DNA of 29,595 nucleotides from sequence record DRR378314_1653. One strand, given 5' to 3'. Both the position numbers and the translations under genes were made by a program. Under the pieces are notes generated by a model. The model was not told where the DNA came from. It worked only from the letters and a program-made list of their open reading frames with translations, and made no database searches. Of the stretch, positions 1 to 9,377 are shown one piece after another (the stretch's first letter is position 1; each line of letters begins with the position of its first letter).

Positions 1-241
1 GAAAGTGATTCATGCGGAAGGCGAGCTGCAGGCGTCGAAAAAGCTGGTAGAGGCGGCCGAAGTCATGTCTGCCAACTCCGGCGCCATGCAACTGCGCTAC
101 ATGCAGACCCTGGCCGATATGAGCACCAACAACAGTTCCACGATCGTGTTTCCGTTGCCGATGGAGATGATGTCGGCGTTCATGAGTCAAAAACCGTCAC
201 CGAAGCCGACGTCGCCAGAGAGCGATAACGATGAATCCTGA
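1..241 (+). CDS. SPFH/band-7 (stomatin/slipin family) protein, C-terminal part; 5' end lies outside the window
   Basis: Translation ...IHAEGELQASKKLVEAAEVMSANSGAMQLRYMQTLADMSTNNSSTIVFPLP matches the stomatin C-terminal 'AEGE..A...A.QLRYLQTL......TIVFPLP' signature; stop TGA at 239-241. Confidence 0.88.
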   Translation, partial: KVIHAEGELQASKKLVEAAEVMSANSGAMQLRYMQTLADMSTNNSSTIVFPLPMEMMSAFMSQKPSPKPTSPESDNDES

Positions 242-264
242 TGGCAGTCTTATCAGACGCCCAT

Positions 265-296
265 AAAAAAAGGCCGGGAATAAACCCGGCCTTCTT
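265..296. terminator. Probable bidirectional intrinsic terminator between convergent genes
   Basis: AAGGCCGGG (270-278) / AATAAA loop / CCCGGCCTT (285-293); A-tract at 265-271 gives a U-tail on the minus strand, and TTCTT follows on the plus strand. Confidence 0.85.
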
Positions 297-311
297 CGTT
301 ACGTAACAGCC

Positions 312-593
312 TTACTTCTGGCTGGCACGCTCGAGCATACGCTTGGCACGCTCGTTGGCTTCTTCGGCAGCACGCTGTGCGGCCTTGGCAGCAGCCAGAG
401 CTTCGTCAGCAGTGCTCTGCGCAGAGCGAGCTGCGCTGGAAGCGCTGTTAGCAGTGTTCAGTGCGTTTTCCGCAGTCTGCTCAGCGGAAGAAGCGGTTGC
501 ATTTGCTTCGTCGATGGCGCCCTGGTCAGTCGTTGCACAACCTGCGGTCAGTGCGGTGGCCAGTGCAAACCCTGCGATCGTCAGTTTACGCAT
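312..593 (-). CDS. Lpp/OprI-family alanine-zipper outer membrane lipoprotein (93 aa)
   Basis: Start reassigned to ATG at 593 (AAGGGG RBS upstream). MRKLTIAGFALATALTAG-C lipobox with Cys19; Ala-rich coiled coil; C-terminus ANERAKRMLERASQK closely resembles OprI and ends in Lys. Confidence 0.9.
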   Translation of the reverse strand: MRKLTIAGFALATALTAGCATTDQGAIDEANATASSAEQTAENALNTANSASSAARSAQSTADEALAAAKAAQRAAEEANERAKRMLERASQK

Positions 594-818
594 TATCAAT
601 CCCCTTATTGGTCGTTTTATTTCCTGCATTCCAGAAGTCGTTGGTGCAGACATTCTGTCAAAACGGGGTCGTTGGCGGTTGGCCAGCGACATCGTTAAAC
701 AGTGTAAATCAGTCTAGACAGAAATGTTAACTAAGGATACGTAAAAGTTCCTAGCTTATGACAACAACTTAATATTGCAGAAAGGATTTACGCATTACGA
801 GGAAAAGAGATCACTGCG

Positions 819-1394
819 TCAGGGGACGATTCTGATCGGGGTTCCGTCGGCTACCAGTTGCCAGATCTCATCCATTTCTTCATTACTGACCGCGATGCAG
901 CCATCGGTCCAGTCCAGCCCGAGATAGGCGAAGGCCATGTCGCCAACACCGCTCGGCAGGCCATGGATCATAATGCTGCCGCCGGGGTCGAGTCCCCAGG
1001 CAGAGGCCAGTTCTCGATCCTGATCGTTGGGATAGGAGATGTGGATGGATTTATAGAAGTCGCTATTGGGGTTGCGCCAATCCAGGACGTACTCACCTTC
1101 CGGTGTACGCTCATCGCCCTCGTACAGTTTGTGGCCAGACGGGTTGTCACCCAGGCCGATCCGATAGCTGCGAACCACCTGGTCGCCGGACAACAGGTAG
1201 AGCCTCCGCTCTTCCTTGCGAACCAGAACCTCACTGATTTCCGGTGTTTCGTTCATGGCCCCCATTGGCAATTCCGATGCTGACAACGGGCTGACAGGTG
1301 TCAGCAACAGTGACAACACAAAGGCCAGGAAGCCGCTAACGGCGACTGAGGAATGGGCGGAGCCAGGCAGTAAAATAGGCATTCTCAAAAACAT
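819..1394 (-). CDS. YkuD-domain L,D-transpeptidase family protein, YafK/DpaA (LdtF)-like
   Basis: Motifs VLVRKEERRLYL, K..EGDERTPEGEY, FYKSIHISYPN..D, IMIHG...WTDGCIAV (catalytic His/Cys); hydrophobic N-terminal signal/anchor. Exact start uncertain. Confidence 0.85.
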   Translation of the reverse strand: MFLRMPILLPGSAHSSVAVSGFLAFVLSLLLTPVSPLSASELPMGAMNETPEISEVLVRKEERRLYLLSGDQVVRSYRIGLGDNPSGHKLYEGDERTPEGEYVLDWRNPNSDFYKSIHISYPNDQDRELASAWGLDPGGSIMIHGLPSGVGDMAFAYLGLDWTDGCIAVSNEEMDEIWQLVADGTPIRIVP

Positions 1395-1482
1395 AGCGAG
1401 TCGATCATTAATCTTTGTACACTTTATAGCACAGGCATTTTGCGAATCGAACCAGGGTTTTGAGTGTTTTTGTTAAAGATTT

Positions 1483-3198
1483 TTATTGGTTGTCCATTTT
1501 CAGGCCAACTTTTGTCACTCGATCAGCCTCAGTCGCCCTTGCAACCAGCGTGACAGGGCCCAGCACCACTTTATCACCCACTACCGGATGTCCCTTGGTG
1601 CGACGAGCAAAGCACTCGGCCAGGGACAGCTCCGGCGGCAACTGATCAAACTCAATGCCGTAGACCTGCTCCACATCGCCCAGAAGGGCATCACCATTGA
1701 GCACGAAATCACCAAAAAATGCCCGCTCGGCAAGGTATTTGGGCGCATGGCGACCGCTGAGGGCCTTGCCCAGCTCGGAAAGCATCGCGGGCGTTGCAAA
1801 CATGGCCAACACATCACCGGCGGATACTTCCATGTCCGGGCTCGGCTGATAACAGGTGCGTTTGCGGAACACACCGGCAATGGCCGTGTTGTCTGGCAAC
1901 CGCAGTTGGCCCAAAGGCCTGGGTGACTCCCAGGCGTCGCCGCGCAGCGGAAACAGCATCAGTTCGTGATCCCCGGCCGCCGGAACATCCAGGGGCAGTC
2001 GCCGGTAGGGATCCTCACCGGCGGGGACTTCAAGTCGCAGTTTTCGGGCAAGTGGCGCCATGGTGGTGCCCTGGACCACCAGCGACACCAGCACAATGAA
2101 GAAGGCCACGTGGAAGATCAACTGGGCTTCCGGCAATCCCGCAATGATCGGGAACAGCGCCAACACGATGGGCACTGCCCCGCGTAAGCCAACCCAACTG
2201 ATAAAGCCCAGCTCGCGGCGATTAAAGCCGAACGGCCAGAGCGTGGCCATGACCGTCAGCGGCCGGATCAGGAAGATCAGCACCAGGGCCAGGATCAAAC
2301 CGCCGCCGGCGAGGGGCAATAGCTCAGACGGTGTAACCAGCAACCCCAACATCAGAAACAGGCACAACTGGGCCAGCCAGGCCAGGCCATCGTGAACCTG
2401 GAGAATCATCGGCATCATCCGTACAGGCCGGTTGCCAATGACCACGCCAGCCAGGTAAATCGCCAGGAAGCCACTGCCTCCCAGGGCGTTAGTGCCGGAG
2501 AACACCATGATGCCTGCAGCCACCACGAGCAGTGGGTACAGCGATGGGGTCAGCCGGATGCGGTTGGCCATTTCCACCACCAAAAAGCCGCCGGCAACCC
2601 CTACAACGCCGCCGATACCGAATTGCTGGACCAGCATCAGCAGTGCCATCCAGCCTTCCGAGGCACCGCCGGCCTCGATCATGGTTACCAGCATGAGGGT
2701 GAGGAAAATCGCCATCGGGTCGTTGCTGCCCGACTCGATTTCCAGCGTTGCACTGACCCGTTCGTTGAGGTGCAGCCCCCGCCCCTGGAGCAGGGAAAAA
2801 ACAGCGGCGGCGTCGGTTGAGGAGATAATGGCACCGATCAACAAGGCGGTCAGCCACTGCAAGTCGAAGACCCACCTTGCTACCAGGGCGGCCCCGACGG
2901 CGGTCAGCATCACCCCGAACGTTGCCAGGATCAGCGCCGGCCTCAAGCCAACCCGGAAGGTCTCGGCGCGGGTACGCATACCACCATCCAGCAGAATGAC
3001 CCCCAAGGCCAGGTTGGCGATCACGAACGCCAGCTCGAAGTCGTCAAACAGCAGGCCGCCTGGCCCATCCTCGCCCATCATCATGCCGACGACCAGGAAG
3101 ATCAGCAGCACCGGCATGCCCAGCCTGCTGGACAGAGGGCTGAGCATGATGCTGATCACCAGCATCAGAGCGCCGATCAGGGTGAGCGTTGGATCCAT
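1483..3198 (-). CDS. cvrA: K+/H+ antiporter NhaP2/CvrA (CPA1 domain + TrkA-C + CorC/HlyC C-terminal domain)
   Basis: GEDGPGG, LDGGMRT, STDAAAVFSLL, LEIESGSNDPMA, WVGLRGAVPIVLA, FFGDFVL and PVVGD motifs; about 13 hydrophobic segments; 571 aa. Confidence 0.92.
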   Translation of the reverse strand: MDPTLTLIGALMLVISIMLSPLSSRLGMPVLLIFLVVGMMMGEDGPGGLLFDDFELAFVIANLALGVILLDGGMRTRAETFRVGLRPALILATFGVMLTAVGAALVARWVFDLQWLTALLIGAIISSTDAAAVFSLLQGRGLHLNERVSATLEIESGSNDPMAIFLTLMLVTMIEAGGASEGWMALLMLVQQFGIGGVVGVAGGFLVVEMANRIRLTPSLYPLLVVAAGIMVFSGTNALGGSGFLAIYLAGVVIGNRPVRMMPMILQVHDGLAWLAQLCLFLMLGLLVTPSELLPLAGGGLILALVLIFLIRPLTVMATLWPFGFNRRELGFISWVGLRGAVPIVLALFPIIAGLPEAQLIFHVAFFIVLVSLVVQGTTMAPLARKLRLEVPAGEDPYRRLPLDVPAAGDHELMLFPLRGDAWESPRPLGQLRLPDNTAIAGVFRKRTCYQPSPDMEVSAGDVLAMFATPAMLSELGKALSGRHAPKYLAERAFFGDFVLNGDALLGDVEQVYGIEFDQLPPELSLAECFARRTKGHPVVGDKVVLGPVTLVARATEADRVTKVGLKMDNQ

Positions 3199-3249
3199 TC
3201 CAGCTCCGGATTGGGAATAGGCTTTAATACTATCAGGTTACGATCTGCG

Positions 3250-4560
3250 TCAGTGCAGTTTCAGGCGCGGATGCATGGCCCGGGTGATCCGATCCATCAA
3301 CCAGATGATACCGGTACGCAGGACACCATGCAGTGCCACCTGATGCATTCGGTACAGGGAGAGGTAGAACAGTCGCGCTACCTTGCCCTCAATGTACATG
3401 GTACGGCCCGACAGGTTGCCCATGAGGTTGCCGACGGTGGTGTAGCGGCTGAAGTTGATCAGCGAGCCATGATCGTTGTACACGAACGGTACGGCATCAC
3501 CGCCTTCCAGCCGGTTGCGCAGGGTTTTGAACAGCACATCTGCCTGCTGGTGGGCTGATTGTGCCCGTGGTGGTACCGGCCGTTCGGAATCCGGCTGGGG
3601 GCACTCGGCGCAATCGCCGAACGCGTAAATGTCGGGGTCGGTGGTGGCCTCAAGGGTTTGTTTTACCTTGATTTGGTTGCCACGATTGGTTTCCAGCCCC
3701 TCAAGGGATGAGAGGAAAGCCGGCGCCTTGATGCCCGCGGCCCAGATCGTCATTTCCGAGGCGATCTCGGTACCGTCCTTCATCACGACCACACCATCGC
3801 GAATTTCACTCACTGGCTGTCCGGTCATCACCCTGACATTCTGGTGCGACAGCTCGCGGGTGGCCGCTTCCGAAAGCCTGGAGGGAAGTGCGGGGAGTAT
3901 CCGCTCGGCTGCCTCGATTACGGTAATGGACACATCCTCTGGCCGCAGGTGGTTCATGCCATAGACAGGCAGTTCCCGCGACGCCAGGCGCAATTCGGCC
4001 GCCAACTCGACACCGGTTGCGCCGGCTCCGATGATGGTGATGGGTAGCTCATGGCCCGCGCCGGACTGGGCATCGTGGTTGGTGCGCAGGAAGGCGTTGA
4101 GCAGGAGATTATGGAAACGCCGGGCCTGGTTCAGGCTGTCCAGAAACAGGCAATGCTCTTGGGCACCGGGGGTTCCGAAGTCGTTGGCGTTGCTGCCCAC
4201 CGCGATGACCAGGGTGTCGTAGCCAATGCGACGCTCTGGCACGACCTCGTCACCATCGTCGTCCAGGAAGGGGGCAATGACGACGTCACGTGTGTCCCGA
4301 TTGAGACCGCTCATTCGCCCTAACTGGAACTCGTAATGGTGCTTGCGCGCGTGCGCCCGGTAATTGATTTCGTTGGCGTTGGCGTCCAACGAGCCGGAAG
4401 CCACCTCGTGCAGCAAGGGTTTCCAGACATGGGTCAGGCCGGCGTCGACTAGGGTAATCCGTGCCTTGCGTTTTTTTCCGAGTTTGTTGCCGAGGCGGGT
4501 AACCAGTTCAAGACCACCCGCACCGCCGCCTACGACGACGATGTGATGCAGATTTTCCAT
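3250..4560 (-). CDS. ndh: Type II NADH:quinone oxidoreductase (FAD-dependent)
   Basis: Start reassigned to ATG at 4560 (MENLHH; AAGGA RBS). Two Rossmann motifs (VVVGGGAGG, IIGAGATGVELAAEL), WKPLLHEVA, PPRAQSAHQQA, SLYRMHQ and C-terminal PRLKLH as in E. coli Ndh. Confidence 0.92.
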   Translation of the reverse strand: MENLHHIVVVGGGAGGLELVTRLGNKLGKKRKARITLVDAGLTHVWKPLLHEVASGSLDANANEINYRAHARKHHYEFQLGRMSGLNRDTRDVVIAPFLDDDGDEVVPERRIGYDTLVIAVGSNANDFGTPGAQEHCLFLDSLNQARRFHNLLLNAFLRTNHDAQSGAGHELPITIIGAGATGVELAAELRLASRELPVYGMNHLRPEDVSITVIEAAERILPALPSRLSEAATRELSHQNVRVMTGQPVSEIRDGVVVMKDGTEIASEMTIWAAGIKAPAFLSSLEGLETNRGNQIKVKQTLEATTDPDIYAFGDCAECPQPDSERPVPPRAQSAHQQADVLFKTLRNRLEGGDAVPFVYNDHGSLINFSRYTTVGNLMGNLSGRTMYIEGKVARLFYLSLYRMHQVALHGVLRTGIIWLMDRITRAMHPRLKLH

Positions 4561-4728
4561 GACAAGGGGTTCCTTAAGTGAAGATAGCCAAGAACTCTTG
4601 AAGAAAAATCCTTGGCTGTCCTCACTGAGGAAGGGCACGGCATAGACGAACAATGCTAACGCACTGTTGTGACAGGGACAATTCGCCGTTAGTACCTATA
4701 CCCTGGGCAGACTCTGCGCCGATAGGGT

Positions 4729-5334
4729 TCAGTGACGGGTGCGATAGTGATCGAGAATGGCTGCCATGTCGTCGGCAAGATCGGCGATCTGTTCTGGGCG
4801 GACCTCCCGTTGCGCGAAGGACCGAAGGCCAATGATCTGCGCCTGGAGCAATCGTGCCAGCCGGGCGCAGTGGGTTTCCTGTGCCAGCTCGCCTCGGGTT
4901 TTTGCCTCCTCCAGAAGCTCCGTGAGGGACTGTTCAATTGCTTGCAGTATGGTATTCGCCTGATGTGCGATGGTGGGGTGGGTATTGCTGGCTTCCAGCA
5001 GGGTTTTGACGATCATGCACGCCCTTGCTGGAGAATCCGCGGCCGGGCTCGACTGCAGGGCGATGTGCCGCAGGTAATCCTGAAGCCCGTCCAACACGGA
5101 CGCATACCCGGCAAGGTGTTCCCGAAGCTCAGCGCCCGCCTGTTGCGCATAGGTGGCCAGGGCCTCGCTGAATAGCCCATCCTTGCTGCCGAAAGTGGCG
5201 TAAATACTGCCAGGGCGCATGTCCAGGGCGCGCTCGATCTGCTTCATGGAAGCGCCACTGTAACCCCGTTCCCAGAACAGGTTCATTGCCTTTACCAGTG
5301 CGGTCTGTTTGTCGTAGCGGGCGTTTCTGGCCAT
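4729..5334 (-). CDS. TetR/AcrR family transcriptional regulator
   Basis: Start likely ATG at 5334 (MARNARYD). N-terminal HTH AMNLFWERGYSGASMKQIERALDMRPGSIYATFGSKDGLF; C-terminal 'ACMIVKT' of the NemR/ComR-like type. Confidence 0.9.
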   Translation of the reverse strand: MARNARYDKQTALVKAMNLFWERGYSGASMKQIERALDMRPGSIYATFGSKDGLFSEALATYAQQAGAELREHLAGYASVLDGLQDYLRHIALQSSPAADSPARACMIVKTLLEASNTHPTIAHQANTILQAIEQSLTELLEEAKTRGELAQETHCARLARLLQAQIIGLRSFAQREVRPEQIADLADDMAAILDHYRTRH

Positions 5335-5460
5335 TGGTTGGTACCAATCGGATGGTTGAAAACACCGCAATAATAACTTGATTGATTGTTCAGAAACAGA
5401 ACGGAAACATTACCCTCGCGCGGGGCTTGAGAGTGCGGGTTGTGTCGGTGTCGCTGCAGG

Positions 5461-7563
5461 TCAGCCGGCATCCGTTGCCAATAGCTGGACCTGGCGCTGG
5501 CGTTTGGTTTGCAACCGCTTGTCCACGCACTGCGCGCCGTCGTTCAGGATCACGACGCACTCCAGGCACTGGACGCACTCGTCGTAATCTATCCGTCCAT
5601 CCTTATGGATGGCATTGATGCCGCAGCTGTTCTTGCAGTGCTGGCAGGGCGTACCGCAGAGCTCCACCCGATCCAGCCAGCTGAACAGTCGCAGCTTGCC
5701 CAGCACCGCCAGGCCGGCCCCGAGTGGGCACAGGTAACGGCAGTAGAATTTGTGGATGAACATACCCAACAGCAGGAGGCCAACGGCGTAGACCACAAAT
5801 GGCCAGTAGCGCACGAAAAAGAGCGTGATGCCGGTCTTGAAGGGTTCAACCTCCACCAGTTTCTCCGCCAGTTCCAGTGAATAGAACGCCGTTCCCACCA
5901 GCGCCAGAAGTATCGGGTATTTCAACAGGATCAGCCGACGATGCCATCGCTCCGGCACTTTCACCTGGCGGAAGTTCAGTTTTTCACCGAGCCAGGCGGC
6001 CATCTCCTGCAGTGCGCCAAAGGGGCATAGCCAACCACAGAACAGTCCGCGCCCCCAGACAAACAGGCTGACGAACGTGTAGATCCAGAGAATGAACAAC
6101 ACCGGGTCCATCAAAAACACGTTCAGGGAGAAACCATCCCAGATGGCCAGGAAAAGGGTGTAAATGTTCACCACCGACAACTGCCCCTGGGCATAGAAAC
6201 CGATAAAGAACAGGGTGAAGAACAGGAAGCCCCAGCGGAAACGGTGCACCAGCTTCGGATACCGGCTCAGGGTGCGCTGGCGGGCGAAAAATACGGTCAG
6301 GATCGACAGGCTGATCACGAGGACCGAGATAGTCAGCCAACGCTCCTGCCACAGCCCGATCCATACCGGCTGACGGCCATCTTCCGGCCGTGGCGCCACC
6401 TCGACGGTCTCGAACAGGTCGTCGGCAAAAGCCACTGGAACGTCGAATTCGACGCTGTCGGCAACGAGGTGATTCTTTCGCAATGTGACGCCCAACTTCA
6501 GGGTGGCGTTGGCCCCGGGGTTGAACCCCGCATTGCCGCCCACCCGGAACAGGGTTGCCCTGGCCATGTCTGGCATGCCCTCGGCGTTGATGTGGATGTT
6601 CTGGTCAAACACGTTGATATCGCGAATGTCCAGCGACAGGTTGTTCTGACGCAGCCCCAGGCGGTCCGGGGAACTTCCCGGTGTGAAATCGTCAGGCAGG
6701 TGCGGGTAAAGGCCACGGGACATCACCGCCAGTATCTGGGCATCCGGCCCCGTCCGCTCCTGCAATCGCTCGAAGCCTTCATCGCCCAATAGGTTGCGGC
6801 CGACCATTGGCGCGTTGATATAACCGAAAAACAGCTCGGTGAAAGGCGCTCCCGGTTCGGGCTGAGGCGCATCCGGGTAGTTTGCCAGGGGGGATCCCAG
6901 CGCGTCTTCAATCGCCTCAGGGCTGATGCGCCAGTGACCGAGATATCCTCGGGCAACCAGTTGTTCCCAGCTGAGCGGTTGATAGAGATCGGTTTTTGCC
7001 CGCGTGGCCGGTGCCTGGGTAAACCCGTCCAGCTTCTCCCGTGCCACCTTGAGAGCTGAGGACAGCAGAGTGTCGTTGATGATGAGTACCGACACCGTGG
7101 CCTTGCTGACCCCATCGAAGTGCACCACATTGCCTTCAGAGTCCTTGCCGGAGCGTGAGCCGGAGGTGTTGACGATAATCTGTTCCGTCAGCGAGCGCCC
7201 CTGGTACTGGTCGATGAACTCGAACAACGGCGCTTCCCCCAGCCCATGGAGAAAGACCGGTTCGTGGTGGTGAAGGATGCGTACGCCGGTGAAGCGTCCA
7301 CGGCTATCCAGCCCGACCAGCATACGGACAGGTTTCCCGGCAAAGCCCTGAAGCGGGCTGATATCCGCAGATTCGTACGCGTAGCCAATGAGCTCCTGCA
7401 GTTGATAGACCGGATAGACGGGATAATCCGGCAATTGATCCCGGATATCAGTGGCCTTGGGGAACAGCTCCTGGACCAGTGCACGCTTCTCGTCGTCCAG
7501 GGCGCCGTGCGTCACCAGAGGCAAGCAGGCAAGGACCAACAGCAGCAACAGCCGCCCGGGCAT
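5461..7563 (-). CDS. NosR/NirI-family membrane protein (FMN-binding domain + 4Fe-4S ferredoxin-type C-terminus)
   Basis: Signal peptide; GFAGKP and HHEPVFLHG; flavinylation-type motif DGVSKATVS; TM block with GRGLFCGWLCPFGALQE, EVEPFKT, FYCRYLCPLGA; C-terminal CxxxCxxCxxxC and CVQCLEC clusters; GAGGGAG RBS. Confidence 0.88.
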   Translation of the reverse strand: MPGRLLLLLVLACLPLVTHGALDDEKRALVQELFPKATDIRDQLPDYPVYPVYQLQELIGYAYESADISPLQGFAGKPVRMLVGLDSRGRFTGVRILHHHEPVFLHGLGEAPLFEFIDQYQGRSLTEQIIVNTSGSRSGKDSEGNVVHFDGVSKATVSVLIINDTLLSSALKVAREKLDGFTQAPATRAKTDLYQPLSWEQLVARGYLGHWRISPEAIEDALGSPLANYPDAPQPEPGAPFTELFFGYINAPMVGRNLLGDEGFERLQERTGPDAQILAVMSRGLYPHLPDDFTPGSSPDRLGLRQNNLSLDIRDINVFDQNIHINAEGMPDMARATLFRVGGNAGFNPGANATLKLGVTLRKNHLVADSVEFDVPVAFADDLFETVEVAPRPEDGRQPVWIGLWQERWLTISVLVISLSILTVFFARQRTLSRYPKLVHRFRWGFLFFTLFFIGFYAQGQLSVVNIYTLFLAIWDGFSLNVFLMDPVLFILWIYTFVSLFVWGRGLFCGWLCPFGALQEMAAWLGEKLNFRQVKVPERWHRRLILLKYPILLALVGTAFYSLELAEKLVEVEPFKTGITLFFVRYWPFVVYAVGLLLLGMFIHKFYCRYLCPLGAGLAVLGKLRLFSWLDRVELCGTPCQHCKNSCGINAIHKDGRIDYDECVQCLECVVILNDGAQCVDKRLQTKRQRQVQLLATDAG

Positions 7564-7681
7564 GGTGTCTCTCCCTCAATGTCTTGTTGTTGGTCAGATC
7601 CATGCTAGAGATTTGCGGTGCCGGCACAATGCGACCTCCGGGCCGGGCGGATGATACTTTGTGAGGAGAAAGCCAGGTTCG

Positions 7682-8419
7682 CTAGTTAAGGCGAATCACC
7701 CGCCCCATCAGCCGCCGCCAGTCGATGGGCAGCGTGTTTTCCAGGGCCACCAGGGACGGGTCTTTGGTGTGCAGGGTCTCGAAGGGGCGTTTGCTGGCGA
7801 AGATCACCGTGTTGTTGGTTTTGCTCTTGAACAGAAGCAGTACCGCAAACCCGGCGCGAAGCTGGTGGAACAGCGGGCCGTTGATGTCCGGCGTGCGGTG
7901 GTAGTTGATGGCGAGCCAGCCACCGTCGCCAAGTACCCGGCTGCATTGTCTGATAAACTCGCGCTGGGCCTGGGCGGGGCTCATGCGGTCAGAGTTGTAC
8001 ATATCGGCGAGGATCAGATCGCTGCTGCTGTCCGGTGCCTTGCCAAGGGCATCCCGGGCATCGCCGATGGAAACGGTGAGGTTGGCGGAGTACGGCAGGC
8101 TGAAGTATTCCCGTGCCACTTCCAGAACCCGGGGCCGTAATTCCATAGCGTGTACCTGACAGTCAGGCAGGAGGTGCAGCAGCGCACTGGCCATCACCCC
8201 GCCGCCAAGGCCCAGAACCGTTACGTGCGCTGGTTGTGCGAAGGCCACCGGCAACAGCATGGCGCGGCTGTATTCATGGACGGGAAGATGGGGCTTGCGG
8301 CGATCAATCTTGCTCTGTTCAAACACCGAATCAAAGGTCATTACCCGATGTTTGCGATAGTCGACCACCAGAATGCCACCGAGTGCGTCCCGGGTGTAAT
8401 GAATAATGTCGCCCTTCAC
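7682..8419 (-). CDS. Spermidine synthase-like class I SAM-dependent methyltransferase
   Basis: GTG start; FEQS, HEYSRAML, VTVLGLGGG SAM motif, ELRPRVLEVAREYF, GDA, DLILADMY. Confidence 0.85.
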   Translation of the reverse strand: MKGDIIHYTRDALGGILVVDYRKHRVMTFDSVFEQSKIDRRKPHLPVHEYSRAMLLPVAFAQPAHVTVLGLGGGVMASALLHLLPDCQVHAMELRPRVLEVAREYFSLPYSANLTVSIGDARDALGKAPDSSSDLILADMYNSDRMSPAQAQREFIRQCSRVLGDGGWLAINYHRTPDINGPLFHQLRAGFAVLLLFKSKTNNTVIFASKRPFETLHTKDPSLVALENTLPIDWRRLMGRVIRLN

Positions 8420-8511
8420 GGTGGCTTTCCTTGTTTGATCGCTGCGCCGTTATTCTGGGCATTTGCCCGCCGGTTCTCAAGCCGGACGCCATTCCAGGAG
8501 CCCACCTGCCC

Positions 8512-9366
8512 ATGACCATCGATGCTTTTAGCGCCCTTGCCTGCCCGTTGGACGGTGATACCCTCAGTCATTTCGGCACCTGCTGGAAGTGCCCGGCGGG
8601 CCACAGTTTCGATGTCGCCCGGCAGGGTTACCTGCACTTGCTGCCCGTGCAGAAGAAACGTTCGCTGGAGCCTGGCGACAGCAAGGACATGGTGGCCGCC
8701 CGGCAGCGGTTCCTCAACGCCGGTCACTACCAGCCGATTGCGGAGGCTGTGAATCGGGCCACGCTGCAGTCCACGAAAACGGAAGCAAACGAACTGGCCT
8801 GTCTCGACGCGGGCTGCGGTGAGGGGTACTACCTGCGTGAACTGGCGGCGAGTGCCGATAACACGCTTTCCCTGATTGGGTTGGACATCTCCAAATGGGC
8901 CACCCTGGCGGCCGCGAAACAGGACAAACGCCCCCGCTGGGTGGTGGGCAGCAACGCCAACCTGCCGGTGTTGCCCGGCACCCTGGATTGCGTGCTTTGC
9001 CTATTTGGCTTTCCCGTCTATCGCGAGTTCGCTCGTGTGCTCAAGCCTGGCGGCGTCGTGGTTCAGGCCGACGCCGGCCCGGACCATCTGCGGGAACTGC
9101 GGGAGGTTATCTATCCGTCGCTTAAACCGGAGAAACCGCCGGTGATGGACGCACCGGAAGGCTTTTCGAATCTGGGGACTGAAACGATACGTTATTCGCT
9201 GACCCTGGGGGGGCAGGAGGTCATTGCCGATCTTCTGGCGATGACGCCGCATCTGTATCGGGCGCCGGCTGAGGGACTAAGCAGGGCAGCAGAACTGACA
9301 TCGCTCTCGGTAACGGTGGAGGTGCGGTTGGCTTTGTTTAGAAAAGGCTGCTTGTCGAATTTGTGA
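8512..9366 (+). CDS. rlmA: RlmA-like putative 23S rRNA (guanine-N1) methyltransferase with N-terminal zinc finger
   Basis: Start likely ATG 8512 (CCAGGAG RBS at 8494-8500). ACPLD...C..GHSFDVARQGYLHLLPVQ..S..PGDSKDMV.AR..FL..GHY, LDAGCGEGYY, GLDISK, HL.ELR, LLAMTPH. Confidence 0.85.
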   Translation: MTIDAFSALACPLDGDTLSHFGTCWKCPAGHSFDVARQGYLHLLPVQKKRSLEPGDSKDMVAARQRFLNAGHYQPIAEAVNRATLQSTKTEANELACLDAGCGEGYYLRELAASADNTLSLIGLDISKWATLAAAKQDKRPRWVVGSNANLPVLPGTLDCVLCLFGFPVYREFARVLKPGGVVVQADAGPDHLRELREVIYPSLKPEKPPVMDAPEGFSNLGTETIRYSLTLGGQEVIADLLAMTPHLYRAPAEGLSRAAELTSLSVTVEVRLALFRKGCLSNL

Positions 9367-9377
9367 CGCGCATCACA
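9362..9377. promoter_or_regulatory. CRP/Vfr-type binding site
   Basis: TGTGA-CGCGCA-TCACA is a perfect TGTGA-N6-TCACA core with AT-rich left flank; it overlaps the rlmA-like stop codon, about 390 bp upstream of the giant RHS gene. Confidence 0.6.

Noticed and set aside
5338-5393. Short palindromes upstream of tetR (TTGGTACCAA; TTGA-N8-TCAG) as operator or FNR box
   Set aside because: Too short or imperfect to support; does not match TTGAT-N4-ATCAA.
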